This document shows positions 37,237 through 48,000 of a stretch of 64,000 nt of DNA, in pieces. A program made the translations under genes and the position numbers. Location of the stretch: IMG/VR virus record IMGVR_UViG_3300044957_000763, positions 414,841 to 478,840 of that record. One strand, given 5' to 3'. The notes beneath the pieces were generated by a model. That model was not told where the DNA came from and made no database searches. It saw only the letters and a program-made list of their open reading frames with translations. Each line of letters opens with the position of its first letter. Within the stretch, counting starts at the first letter, position 1.

Positions 37237-37634
37237 GCCATAGACTAGCAGTTAGATTTGTCGCAGATTGCGATGAAACACGAACTCGAGGACTGATGTT
37301 CGCGAGTCCACTTGACCAAAACGAAATTGCTCTATTCGTGTTCCCACGAGCTGAGCGACACGCGTTTTGGAATAAGAACGTCGAGTTCCCATTGGACTTG
37401 GCGTTCCTCGATGAGAATGGCAAGGTCGTAGACTTCAAACATTTGGACGCACAGTCCGAATCAAGTGTACGGCCTGCTAGTCCGGCGCGTTTCGTAGTAG
37501 AGGCCGCCAAGGGCACATTCGACCGTTTGAACGTTGCTATGGGCGACTATCTTCTCTATGAAGGTTCAAACATGACAGTTGTGCGTACTAATCAGCAGGT
37601 GAATGCTAGGCAGGCGTATAAGATAATCAATTAA
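37233..37634 (+). CDS. DUF192 family protein
   Basis: RTRGLMF...LFVF...FWNKNVEFPLDLAFLDENGKV...RFVVE pattern. Confidence 0.85.
   Translation: MSHRLAVRFVADCDETRTRGLMFASPLDQNEIALFVFPRAERHAFWNKNVEFPLDLAFLDENGKVVDFKHLDAQSESSVRPASPARFVVEAAKGTFDRLNVAMGDYLLYEGSNMTVVRTNQQVNARQAYKIIN
37596..37624 (+). promoter_or_regulatory. Putative phage promoter CAGGTG-N17-TAAGAT
   Basis: In the 3' end of the DUF192 gene, upstream of 37660. Confidence 0.6.
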
Positions 37635-37659
37635 GCATCCGTGGAGGATACATAGAAAA

Positions 37660-38907
37660 ATGGCAGACCGCATATTTATCAACAAAGACTCAGGTCAATA
37701 CAGTGAGCGAGAACTCAATCGTATTGACTGGAGCCAGGTTCGAGACGGCATGGTCAAGGCTCGAAAGGCTGCGAATGCTGGCAAAAACCTAAACCCGTTC
37801 GGTATGGTTACCGGACTACTTGACACTAGGCTGGCACAGCTTGAGGGAGGCAAAGTTTTCGAGTCTCCTGTAATGGACATGCCAGAAGAACCAGGCGATG
37901 AATCACGCATTCAAATGATTGCTGATGCAGTTGCAACTGGTCAAGACCTTGACACAGAGGACGCACAATTTGGTCTCGACAATGTTGAGTCTGTTGCAGC
38001 TAAAGCTGGCTTGGAGCCAGAAGAGGTTGCAGCTACGCTTCAAGATTATGTTGGGCTAAACATAGACGAGGTTCCTGCGGAAGAGGGTGGCATAGAGGAT
38101 TCAACTTCGGAAGATGGGTCTGCTATGGAAACCTTCGCCTCTCGCATAGCTAAGAAAAAGCTACCTGCTGCTTTGGAAAAATTCAAATTCAAGCAAAAAG
38201 GCGGCGACAACCCAGAGAAGCACAAGGGTAAAGACAAAGAAGAAAAGGACGATGACGAAGATGGAGCAGAGGCTATGCTTCGCAAGGGCAATGAACACTC
38301 TGATGAAAAAGTAAAGGTCAGCCGCAAAATCGTATTCACCAGTCCTGCTCAATTGAGCGCGGCCGCTGTTGAGGCCGCTCGCGCTGCTGGTGACGAAGAG
38401 TTGGTTCGTGCAACATTGGCTGCACGTGCAGAACGACGAGTTGCCATTGGTCAACTTGCCGCTGAAGCAACTCTTGAGCAAATCACTCGAGAGGCAAAAA
38501 GCAGACGCCGAGCCGCCACTGCGACCAAGGTGGAAAAACCAAAAGAGGTAAAAGCTAACGTGAAAACAGACAAAACAACAACCGGCGAAGACTTTGTCAA
38601 GCCCACAGAACTTAGCACAGGTCAAAAATCGGCATTTGCAAGCAAGGCTCGTGAACTCGGTTTCCCTGAGAGGTACATCACCGCATTGTTAGGCACTCGC
38701 AACGCGAACACTGTCACAGAAGACGACGTTCGCAATATTGCAGAAGGTCCTGGCAAATACCAAGAAAAGGTAGAGCGTGTGGCCGCGATGATTCGCGAAG
38801 CAAAGCTCGATGAAGCTAATCGAAACCGAATCGTCAAGTTCTGGGTTGAAGAACTCGGATACCCGGCTGACTACATCAGCAAGATGGTTGAAGATTACCA
38901 AGCGTAA
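37660..38907 (+). CDS. Hypothetical head structural protein
   Basis: 415 aa, acidic and Ala-rich; GGAGG RBS; several R-x-A motifs (TRLAQ, SRIAK, TREAK, IREAK); followed by a hairpin. Confidence 0.6.
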   Translation: MADRIFINKDSGQYSERELNRIDWSQVRDGMVKARKAANAGKNLNPFGMVTGLLDTRLAQLEGGKVFESPVMDMPEEPGDESRIQMIADAVATGQDLDTEDAQFGLDNVESVAAKAGLEPEEVAATLQDYVGLNIDEVPAEEGGIEDSTSEDGSAMETFASRIAKKKLPAALEKFKFKQKGGDNPEKHKGKDKEEKDDDEDGAEAMLRKGNEHSDEKVKVSRKIVFTSPAQLSAAAVEAARAAGDEELVRATLAARAERRVAIGQLAAEATLEQITREAKSRRRAATATKVEKPKEVKANVKTDKTTTGEDFVKPTELSTGQKSAFASKARELGFPERYITALLGTRNANTVTEDDVRNIAEGPGKYQEKVERVAAMIREAKLDEANRNRIVKFWVEELGYPADYISKMVEDYQA

Positions 38908-38927
38908 CCTTTAACTCCACGATGCTA

Positions 38928-38959
38928 TCTGGGCACAGATTCTGTCAACTGTGCCCAGA
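38928..38959 (+). terminator. 11-bp hairpin after 37660..38907
   Basis: tctgggcacag-attctgtcaa-ctgtgcccaga; no clear U-tract. Confidence 0.45.
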
Positions 38960-38986
38960 ACCAAACCAGACAGGCAGTAAAACAAA

Positions 38987-39202
38987 ATGTTGAAAACAAA
39001 CAGAGTACAAAGGGTTGACGCAGGCGATATGAGCGCATTGGTTGAGGCTGTCAAAAAACAGATGAGCAACCAAGGCGATGCTTTGAGCAAAGACGCCTCT
39101 AAGTTATTAGATGGGCGAAATGGCTGTAATGGCTATAGTGCCGATGGCACATCGCAACCCGCCACAATGACTGGTAACGGCATTGTAATTTCAGAATTGT
39201 AA
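38987..39202 (+). CDS. Small hypothetical protein
   Basis: 71 aa ORF filling the gap between 38907 and 39215. Confidence 0.45.
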   Translation: MLKTNRVQRVDAGDMSALVEAVKKQMSNQGDALSKDASKLLDGRNGCNGYSADGTSQPATMTGNGIVISEL

Positions 39203-39214
39203 GAGGACAGAACA

Positions 39215-40084
39215 ATGAGAAGAGCATTCCAAAAAGTATCGGAGCAAAATCAAGCACCTGATTATGTGTTGAAGCGTTTTGCTGCCACTGAAGACAATCT
39301 TGAAGTAGACCCATATGAGGGCCTGCGACAACGTGCTGCCGAGAACCAACAAAGAATTGCACATGATGAATTGGTGTACGGTCGACCTGAAGCACCAAAG
39401 CCGGCGCGAGAGTGGGAACAGGAAAGAATTGCAGACACTTATCGACCACGACAAATGAGCCGGACTGCAGACAGTTTTGAGCCAGAAGACCTTAGTAGAC
39501 GTTCTGTGAGGCGTGTTGAAACCGCAGAATCACACAATACTGGCTATCGCCCAATGGAAAGCTATAATAGCGGCGGCAACGAACTTTACGTTACACGAAT
39601 GGACGCTGAACGAATGCTATACAATGGCGAGTCGTTCTTTGACCCACAGTTGGCAGAAATCACGTCAACAATTGCAGAACGAGACATGCGAAGGAAAGCA
39701 GAACAGGCAATGCGCGACAAGCAGTCATTGGTTGGAAGCAAATGGGAAAGCCAGGCATCTGGTCGCGCTAAACGCGAGCACAAGCGTGTACTCGACAGGT
39801 GGAGCAATTTCGACGCAGTAAATGGCGGATTTACTCGAGTGGCCAACGAACGAGAGACCGCGAGCCGATTTGGCATGACAGACCCAACTGCAGCATTACA
39901 GCGAGATATGCTTCGGCAAGAGGCTGTTCAAGAGCGAATGCAAAGAAAGGCGGCAATCAAGGGAATTGACCATGAAACACCGGCACAACGAAATTCATGG
40001 GAAGACGAAGTACAACTGATGGCAGGCACAGTGCAACAAGACCACTCAATGTCTTGGATTAGTGACTTCTTCAAAGGTAAGTAA
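39215..40084 (+). CDS. Hypothetical head-associated protein
   Basis: 289 aa, Arg/Glu-rich; GAGG RBS; LKRFAA motif. Confidence 0.6.
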   Translation: MRRAFQKVSEQNQAPDYVLKRFAATEDNLEVDPYEGLRQRAAENQQRIAHDELVYGRPEAPKPAREWEQERIADTYRPRQMSRTADSFEPEDLSRRSVRRVETAESHNTGYRPMESYNSGGNELYVTRMDAERMLYNGESFFDPQLAEITSTIAERDMRRKAEQAMRDKQSLVGSKWESQASGRAKREHKRVLDRWSNFDAVNGGFTRVANERETASRFGMTDPTAALQRDMLRQEAVQERMQRKAAIKGIDHETPAQRNSWEDEVQLMAGTVQQDHSMSWISDFFKGK

Positions 40085-40086
40085 GA

Positions 40087-41025
40087 ATGGACGGGATGCT
40101 TTTGAATTCGCCTGGTGGTTCCGACGGGCTTGTTGATTACGACAAGCTCAAAGCCACTTTGCGCGATGTACAAAATGCGCCCAGCGAGAATGTTGCTGTT
40201 GTAATACAACAGCTTCCACAAAGTACTGGAGATGAATTCCTAGATTCTAAGATTGAGGTAGTCAAATATTTGGCGGGGCCAACCGGAAAAGTTAAGAGTG
40301 ATGGCGATGGCAACATGAGCGATGTTATCAATGAAATACAGATGTACATTGATAATAAGTCTCAAGAGTCAAAATCACAAAATGGAGTAGCTATGGCAGA
40401 TAATGCGTTTAATTGGGTTAGATATTGCCAACAGAAGAAAGAAACTGAAACAAGTCCTTCTGCTAAGAAAAAGAAGAAGACTAAAGCAAATCCGTTTCGA
40501 GTTTTAATGGGTATGGTTGGAAAATTGCTTGACCATGGTGTACCCAAGCCCACTGTTGTCCGACACGTAACAAAGAATACTAGCTTTGATGAACCAACAG
40601 TTGACCGGGCTGTGGACATTGTGCGTGAATATAACCGAAAACAACAGCGACGTGACGATGTTGAGCCAGAAATTGATATGGAACAAGGCGAAAAGCCAGA
40701 AAAGCGCGACGTTGATGCAACTTTTAACTATGTTAAGTACGTCAAAGCACAGAAAGCATCGTCTGCAGGTGAAAGCAGAGAACTATACAACGCAGAACCT
40801 CAATGGGAGAAGCGTTCTACTGCTGAGTTGTTCTCGCGTCTTGGATGGTTAAATTCGCTTATGGGCTATGACAGCGGCATGCCAATGGGAGACGGCAAAA
40901 AAGCAGCAGATAAGCAGGGCGCTAATGGGCAGATAGACAAAATTACATCAGAACTGCAACGTCGTGGGTTTAATCAAGAAGAGATTGACTCCCTGTTGCA
41001 GGTTAGGGGCGCAACCAAGGGATAG
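40087..41025 (+). CDS. Hypothetical head-associated protein
   Basis: 312 aa; internally repeated FNWVRYCQ / FNYVKYVKAQ segments. Confidence 0.6.
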   Translation: MDGMLLNSPGGSDGLVDYDKLKATLRDVQNAPSENVAVVIQQLPQSTGDEFLDSKIEVVKYLAGPTGKVKSDGDGNMSDVINEIQMYIDNKSQESKSQNGVAMADNAFNWVRYCQQKKETETSPSAKKKKKTKANPFRVLMGMVGKLLDHGVPKPTVVRHVTKNTSFDEPTVDRAVDIVREYNRKQQRRDDVEPEIDMEQGEKPEKRDVDATFNYVKYVKAQKASSAGESRELYNAEPQWEKRSTAELFSRLGWLNSLMGYDSGMPMGDGKKAADKQGANGQIDKITSELQRRGFNQEEIDSLLQVRGATKG

Positions 41026-41027
41026 TC

Positions 41028-42179
41028 ATGAGCAAAGAGCATAAGAAGACTGATAAAGAAAAGGCGCCAAAGAAAACAAACATTGAAGATTTTGTTTGCG
41101 AGATGCTGGAAAGGCTTCACGGCACACTGAAGCAAATGAAAAAATCGGTTGAGCACGAACCGATAGATTTGCCCGATGCGATTGGTCCGGCTACCGATGG
41201 TGTACTCAAGGATATTGCCGATAGCGGGCCTGTGACCAGGGTGCGTAAGCTCATTATCATTCCTGGTGGCGACAAGAGCAAAGTAGAAGAACTCATGGGT
41301 AAATTGATGTCAGCGCGAGAGGCTGATATCAATAACGGATTGCGCACCGTATTTGCTCAGGTGCACAAGGCAAAAACAAGCGGAGAAGTTGCGTATCAAA
41401 TGCACGCCGTTCGCAATCTGGATACCTTGATTAGAGAAGCAAACGGCGATACAAGAGAAGCATTAACCAAAGTGCGAAGCCTGGTGTTGTCGGGAGACCA
41501 AGCACAACTTGACGCTGCTAATTTTAGATTGCGCAATGTATTCGCGTCTATAGTTAGCACAGAACCCAATACTCGACTTGCATACACATCATTGTCGACT
41601 CAATTTGGAGAAGGCTATCAACTATGTCCAAAATCTGTACACCAAATTGGGAAAGCTATTCCTATGGAGATATCTAAGTGTCGCGACAACTGTATAGATT
41701 GTCGTGTTACACGTGATGGTGCAGTAACTTGTGCATATGCAGATTGGCTTAGAAAGTCTGCTGACAATCACGAATTAGTCGAAGCTCGTTTGGAACGAGT
41801 AAAGCACAACCTAAATGGAACAACACTCAATAAAATTGGTGCTCCAGACCCAATTAAGAACTGGGAAGGGCAATTAGAAGAAATTCATGACAGGTACCCA
41901 GAGGTTAAAGAAACATCAATGGAAACTGCACTTGGTGACACAGACAAGGGCCTGTTCGGTCACCAAGGAGAGACCATCAAGCGAATACAAGAACTGCTAG
42001 AATCCAAGAAAGATTCAGGCAAGACTCGAGAAGAATCACTTGAAAATGACCGCACCAATGCAGATTATGATGATGAGACGCTTGAACAGATGCTTGATGA
42101 CGAACGAGAGCCGTTCAACGAGCAAGAGCTCGACATGATGATTGAAGAGCTGCTATCAGACTCAAGAAACAAGGAGTAA
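41028..42179 (+). CDS. Hypothetical head-associated protein with a Cys-rich domain
   Basis: Cys cluster CP..C..C..C...C; C-terminal repeats of ExxLE helices. Confidence 0.6.
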   Translation: MSKEHKKTDKEKAPKKTNIEDFVCEMLERLHGTLKQMKKSVEHEPIDLPDAIGPATDGVLKDIADSGPVTRVRKLIIIPGGDKSKVEELMGKLMSAREADINNGLRTVFAQVHKAKTSGEVAYQMHAVRNLDTLIREANGDTREALTKVRSLVLSGDQAQLDAANFRLRNVFASIVSTEPNTRLAYTSLSTQFGEGYQLCPKSVHQIGKAIPMEISKCRDNCIDCRVTRDGAVTCAYADWLRKSADNHELVEARLERVKHNLNGTTLNKIGAPDPIKNWEGQLEEIHDRYPEVKETSMETALGDTDKGLFGHQGETIKRIQELLESKKDSGKTREESLENDRTNADYDDETLEQMLDDEREPFNEQELDMMIEELLSDSRNKE

Positions 42180-42185
42180 GTAGCA

Positions 42186-42518
42186 GTGTGGTACAAATTC
42201 GCCAACCAATACGGTGAACCAACGCCATTTATTCCAGAACCAACTCGTGAATTGGGTTCTAATGAGCAAGAGGCCTTGGCTGACGACACACCTGCATTAG
42301 ATAAGCGAATCAAAGAGTTAGCAAATCCAAAGAAAGACCCATACCAGCAAACAATTGAAGGTCAGCTTACTTCTTTGCATCACGAGAATAAAAACATGCT
42401 AGACCCTAACGGAGAGGAGCCAGATGCCTTGTGGCGTGGTTGGGGGATTAAGGCGCAAAGTGATGCAACATCGCCAGATAAGAACTGGCCAGCGGCTTTG
42501 AGCAAGGTACAAGTTTAA
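42186..42518 (+). CDS. Small hypothetical head-associated protein
   Basis: AAGGAG RBS, GTG start; N-terminal WYKFAN; TIEGQLTSLH. Confidence 0.55.
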   Translation: MWYKFANQYGEPTPFIPEPTRELGSNEQEALADDTPALDKRIKELANPKKDPYQQTIEGQLTSLHHENKNMLDPNGEEPDALWRGWGIKAQSDATSPDKNWPAALSKVQV

Positions 42519-42539
42519 TCTTGCTGTACAAGTTGTATC

Positions 42540-44939
42540 ATGAGGAAAGACGGACAAAATGCACCGCGCCTACAGAGTGTTATTACTGAAGCTGTAGAAA
42601 GAGTCAGCAACATACAACCGAGAAACACCGTTGGTGCTCGAGAACACCCTACTATTCGCAGTGCTCGCTCATCATCAGATGTAAAGAGAGACATTCGTGC
42701 GAGATATGCATTTGTTAGTGGTAGCCAAAACACCATTACAACAGCGCCTAATTTTTACACTCCGTTCACGACACCAAGTTCTTTTCAGATTCCCACAAAC
42801 AGAATTGAAGAGTATTTGTGGGCGCAATGGTTTTTTGATAATGAACCTGCCGTTGCGGCATCTATTGAGTTTTACACAGACTTTCCGCTTTCTGGTTTCG
42901 AACTAGAATGTGGGAACTCTAAGGTTCTTGAGTTTTATCAGCAAATGGTCAAAGATTTGGATTTTGCCAGATTGCTTCCGTTGATTAGTCAAGAATACCA
43001 TCTTCGCGGCGATGTATTTGTTTATGCCTCTCTTGATTGCGAGCATTGCGGAGGAACAGGCGTCGACCAAGACACTCATGAGCCTTGCGAACACCTAGGT
43101 GCTAAATGGAAAAGCATCACGCTGCTAAACCCCACACAGGTAGAACTTAGTCCATCAATGATGGACATGCAACCAATTTACTATTACATGCCAGACGAAG
43201 GCATGAAAAAGGTTGTTCAAGAAAGAAAGCCAATTGCAACATACAAGTCAATTCCAGATGCAATTAAGGCTTATATCATGAAAAATGAGCCAATTCCGCT
43301 AGACCCAGTGTGTATCCACCACTTTAAGAGAGGTGCGGCGCCTTGGCAACCATTCGGCCGAAGTATGGTACGAAGGCTTTTTCCCACGCTTGTATACAAG
43401 GATAAGTTACGACAAGCACAGTATTTGGTTGCAGAAAGGCATATTTTACCATTCAAGATTGCCAAGTTAGGCAATGACGACCGACCAGCCAGCGAACAAG
43501 ACCTTCAAATGATTGCGGAAGAAATCGCTAATGTCGCAAACGACCCTTTGATGACAATGATTGCACCGCATACATTTGAAATTGATTATGTTGGCGCAAG
43601 TGGAAAAGTACTACAACTCACAAACGAATTCGAACTTATCAACCAAGATATTTTCGATGGATTCATGCTTAACAAAGCATTGCTCAACGGAGAAGGTCCT
43701 TCCTATGCCAATGCACAAGTTGGTCTGCTTAGTATGGGCCAGCGCCTCAATAAATTGCGCGGAGAAATCGCGCACTGGATTGAAGAAAATCTATTCAAAC
43801 CAGTTGCTGAATGGAATGGATTTGAGGTTGATAATAAGCGTGGTGGAACTAAGTTGGTTTACCCAACAGTGAAATGGGATGATTTGCAATTGCGTGATAA
43901 CACCAATCTGCTGCAAATTGCCATGCAAGCGCGACAAGCCGGAGACCTTTCCTCACAGACAATGCTCGGACTCATGGATATCAACTACGACCAAGAAATT
44001 GAAAGACTACGTATGGAAAACAGCTATGCCGTATCTACGTCTCCAATGTTGCCTGCTGGCGAAATGGGCAATGGATATCGTGGACCAATGGGTGGCGGAA
44101 TGCCGCCGATGGGTGGCGGAATGCCACCAATGGGTGGCGGAATGCCACCAATGGGTGGTGGAATGCCGCCAATGGACGGAGGAATGGGCATGCCGCCAGC
44201 ACCTGGCGGCATGCCACCGATGCCAATGGCTTCAAATAATACCCCAGAAGAAAACTATCGAGAAGCCGTGTCGTTTACCAACGCAGTACATGACAGTGTG
44301 CGCACAAGTTTCTACAATCACACACGTCAGGTTTATGCCAGCAAGTACAAATCTGAAGCACATCGGAACTTTGTTGAATCACAGTGTCCAATTGATGGAA
44401 CTGGATTCCGGGGTGTATTGGCCTCAGAAATGAGTCCATTGATTGACCCGCTAGATGATTATGGACAATATCATGGCGGAGATGAGTCTGTTCCTATGAA
44501 CCCGCTTGCAATGCAAGAACGGCAAAGTGATGTGTCAAACGGTTGGGTTCGCGAAGCAAGAAAGCCATCAAAAGATGAGGACATCAGACCAAGTCCATAT
44601 CAGAAGTTTACAAGTTGGGAAAACAAACTGTACGGAATTGTTCTGAGCATTAACCCTCCATTGCCATTCTATGCACAATACGCGGCAGGGCCTGATGACC
44701 AGTACAGGCTCGATGGTGCGTTCCCTGATATTCAACTGGGTGTTGAGGCAGATAGTGAAACCTATCATTCAACTCCAGAATATATTGAAAGAGACCGTTA
44801 CCGGGATTCACAACTAGCGGCCCAAGGATGGACTTTGTTGCGATTTACAGAAAATGAACTTAAAGAAAGACCGGACGAGGTCCAGACGTTGATTATGCGT
44901 ACAATCCAACATCTAATCAAACGCAAACTCGGGAACTAA
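42540..44939 (+). CDS. Portal protein with a Pro/Met/Gly linker and C-terminal DUF559-like nuclease-fold domain
   Basis: WFFDNEPAVAASIEFYTDFP, PFGRSMVRRLF, AERHILP.KIAKLG, WIEENLFKPVAE, VKWDDLQL portal-type pattern directly before the protease; C-terminal YRLDGAF...VEADSETYH...RDSQLAAQGWTLLRFTE. Confidence 0.75.
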   Translation: MRKDGQNAPRLQSVITEAVERVSNIQPRNTVGAREHPTIRSARSSSDVKRDIRARYAFVSGSQNTITTAPNFYTPFTTPSSFQIPTNRIEEYLWAQWFFDNEPAVAASIEFYTDFPLSGFELECGNSKVLEFYQQMVKDLDFARLLPLISQEYHLRGDVFVYASLDCEHCGGTGVDQDTHEPCEHLGAKWKSITLLNPTQVELSPSMMDMQPIYYYMPDEGMKKVVQERKPIATYKSIPDAIKAYIMKNEPIPLDPVCIHHFKRGAAPWQPFGRSMVRRLFPTLVYKDKLRQAQYLVAERHILPFKIAKLGNDDRPASEQDLQMIAEEIANVANDPLMTMIAPHTFEIDYVGASGKVLQLTNEFELINQDIFDGFMLNKALLNGEGPSYANAQVGLLSMGQRLNKLRGEIAHWIEENLFKPVAEWNGFEVDNKRGGTKLVYPTVKWDDLQLRDNTNLLQIAMQARQAGDLSSQTMLGLMDINYDQEIERLRMENSYAVSTSPMLPAGEMGNGYRGPMGGGMPPMGGGMPPMGGGMPPMGGGMPPMDGGMGMPPAPGGMPPMPMASNNTPEENYREAVSFTNAVHDSVRTSFYNHTRQVYASKYKSEAHRNFVESQCPIDGTGFRGVLASEMSPLIDPLDDYGQYHGGDESVPMNPLAMQERQSDVSNGWVREARKPSKDEDIRPSPYQKFTSWENKLYGIVLSINPPLPFYAQYAAGPDDQYRLDGAFPDIQLGVEADSETYHSTPEYIERDRYRDSQLAAQGWTLLRFTENELKERPDEVQTLIMRTIQHLIKRKLGN
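44085..44186 (+). repeat. 21-bp coding tandem repeat (PMGGGMP)n in the portal gene
   Basis: About 4.5 near-identical units of ccaatgggtggcggaatgccN. Confidence 0.9.
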
Positions 44940-44940
44940 T

Positions 44941-44972
44941 AAATTGGCGACAGAAGTCGCCAATTTCATTTA
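44941..44972 (+). terminator. Terminator-like hairpin after the portal gene
   Basis: aaattggcgac-agaa-gtcgccaattt followed by cattta. Confidence 0.7.
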
Positions 44973-45069
44973 TTCCAGACGATTTTTTGAAAACAAGTAG
45001 GTCTAAGGGCAAACATTGCCGAACGCACATATAGACGTTAACTTTTCAAAAAGTTGTTTTGGAGCGAGC

Positions 45070-48000
45070 ATGTTACGAAAGGGTATATCAGGAAACCTAA
45101 TTGGGCGCAATCAAATAGAGTTCATTGACCCGGCCGAAGCTCGGCGGGTCATCATTGCTGCCAAAAATGGCAAACAAAGCCTATATGCAGACCCAGCAGA
45201 TGTGCTCAATCGAGACGTTGAAGGCGATTTTGATTTATTGAAAGAAATGAATGACCGCCAGGGATACAATCTCTTGTGGGTCAGATGTCGTGCTATTGAC
45301 GCTGATACGATTAATGCCAATGGTGATTATTTCTCAGCAGAAGAGCTTCTTAAAGAAGTCATTCACCATGGAAAAAAGGTTCCGGCTTATAAAACCTTTG
45401 AAGGTTGTCCAATCCACACTAATCACGATAACAAAGACATCACCAAGGCTAAAGGCGAGGTCGTATATGCAGAGTGGGATGATAAAAACCAGTGCGTGTG
45501 GTGCACGTTCTATATATCAGAAGACGCATACCCAGAAATTGCCAATGGTATTCGCATTGGTATGATGAGCGATGTCTCAATGGGATGTACTGTTGAGAGC
45601 GGCTTGTGTTCTGTTTGTGGAAAAGAGGCCGTTCGTGTTGATGACTACTGCGAACACCTTAAAAAATACAAAGGCAAGAAATTGCCTGGTGCGAACAGTA
45701 AGGTGTATGAAAAAAACAAGGGTATCAAGTTCATTGAACTGTCTCTGGTTAATGATGGTGCATTTGACAGTTGTGCAATTAGCGAACTCTATGACCAAGA
45801 CGAACTAACTCAAAAAGCACTTGAATTCAACCGAAGAGTTGCTGAGATTCGAAATCATGTTTTGACAGCGGGTCACCTTACTGCTGAAATGACGCCTTCT
45901 GTGCGCAATGCATATGAGGGCATGCTAAGAACTGTTGTGAGCACAACCACAACTGCTGTTAGAGTGGCGCAGACCCAAGTAGACAATCCACAGTTACTTG
46001 CAACTAATGGTGCAAATGCCAATTCTACCGTTGCTGGAATTTTGAAGGCACTTGGAATGGACGCAAGACAACAACTTAACGTGCTTGACTTGCTAAATGT
46101 TGCGCTTAACTTCCTTGAAGTCGCAATTATGCAGATGTTCACTCGCAAAGATAATGTTGATTTACAACACGTATCAAAGATTGCCAAAGCTATGTCTGAC
46201 CTTCAAGGAACCATGCAAGACTTAATTGACGATGGTGTTGATTCACCAGTAGGTGCCATTGCCGGTACTGGTGGTGCTGCAGGAACATTGCTAAATCCAG
46301 GCGGCGGACAAACAGGACAAACCTCTGTAGCACAGGCACCAGGCCAAGCACAAGCACCCGTACAACCATATAATCCGGCAGAAGGCGGAGTCGGACAAAT
46401 GATGTCACCTGTTCAAGTAAGTGAAAGGTCATTTACTACTGAAAAACCACTCAACCCATTATTAGGCGAAAGCAATAGACGCCAATTGGTATGGGCAAAC
46501 AAAGATAGTTCAGAGGAGCGAGAAGTATACGCATCGCGCAAATCTAGAGCCAATAACATAGAACGATTTGGTCAAAGCCTATTAGCTTTGGCTGAAAGCG
46601 TTGGGGCTGGCCCACTGGCGGCACCAATGTCTACACGTGCCGCTAATAACGAGCAACCAGTGAGAAGTACTAAAACAGTGCAAAATAACGGAGACACAAC
46701 CAAGATGAAAAACCCATTCCAGAGAATCGCAAGTAAATTGCGTGAAAGGAAGCCACTCGAGGTCTCATTCTCAGCAGAGGCTCACAGTCCTGATACAAAC
46801 CACAGAATTGTAGTTTCAACGAAAGGAGACATCGAAGGCTACTATATGAACCGGCTTGCCAATTGGCAACCGCAACTCAACGACCACCTTATTAGTGCAA
46901 TCGAGCAAGAGAACCTTGATTATGCGCTTCCTGTTTTAATGGAAGACTTTCAAAATCATGTTCGAAACGCACAGACTAAAAACATTGACATTTGGTCAGA
47001 TATTGACCTTGAACCAGAGGGTGAAAAGGATGTCAAGGAAAATGCACTTGAGGGTGAACGACACCCGGTAAAGGGCGATGGTGAAATCATTGACAGCTAT
47101 GTCAAGACAAAGCGAACAAACCCTGCTGGTGACACAACCATAGAGGACGAACTTGAAGCCAAAAGAACAGGCACGGATTCTAAGGCTAAAGAAGAGTTGC
47201 TCGAAAATGCTGGTCTGTATGCACGTCGAGATAATGGTCAGGAAGTACATGACTTCCTGGTTGACGATGCACGTTGTGGATGCCCTGACGAACATATTGA
47301 AGAGAGGCTCAAGGGTCGACACGGTCGCAATGACAAGGTGGAAACACGCAAACTTGCAAGCAATATCGCCACCGAACTCGGCCGCGCTGCTTATGCTGCT
47401 CGTGTGACACCAGAAGAGATTATCGAAGTCTCTACAAAAATTGCACAACGAGAAGACCTTGAGGAACTTATCGCTCTGGCATCTCTGGGTACAGATACCA
47501 GAGAGCGAACTGCACAAAGACACGCTTTCTTTAACAACTCATCTGTAATGTTGGGTGCTGAAAATGCTATCTATCACGGTCTTGGCAAAATCGTCAGCGA
47601 TGACATTAAAGCCGGTGACGTTGTAGACGGTCTTCGTGCTGTAATTAGCGAGCGAGAACTTGCTGGAAAATTGATTACTCGAATTGCAAAAACAATGGTT
47701 GAGAATGCACCAACAACTTATGCTGATGTTGTGGTTAAAGCATCTCGCGAAGAACAACTGCGAACTGCTTTGAATTCTCTTGCAGATGGCGAGACTGAAA
47801 CCAGTCGGGGTCATCTCAAGGCTGTGCTTTGCGCTCTAGCAGGAGCTGCAGATGAGTGCCAAGCCGCGCCTGAAGAGGTTATCAATGTAATTGCATCACG
47901 CAATTCTGGTGAAATCTTCGAAACACTCGGCATGTACAACAGCGCAAGTGCACGAGAGGCCAGAAATACTCTTAGACAAAGAGAAGAGTTCTATGGCAAG

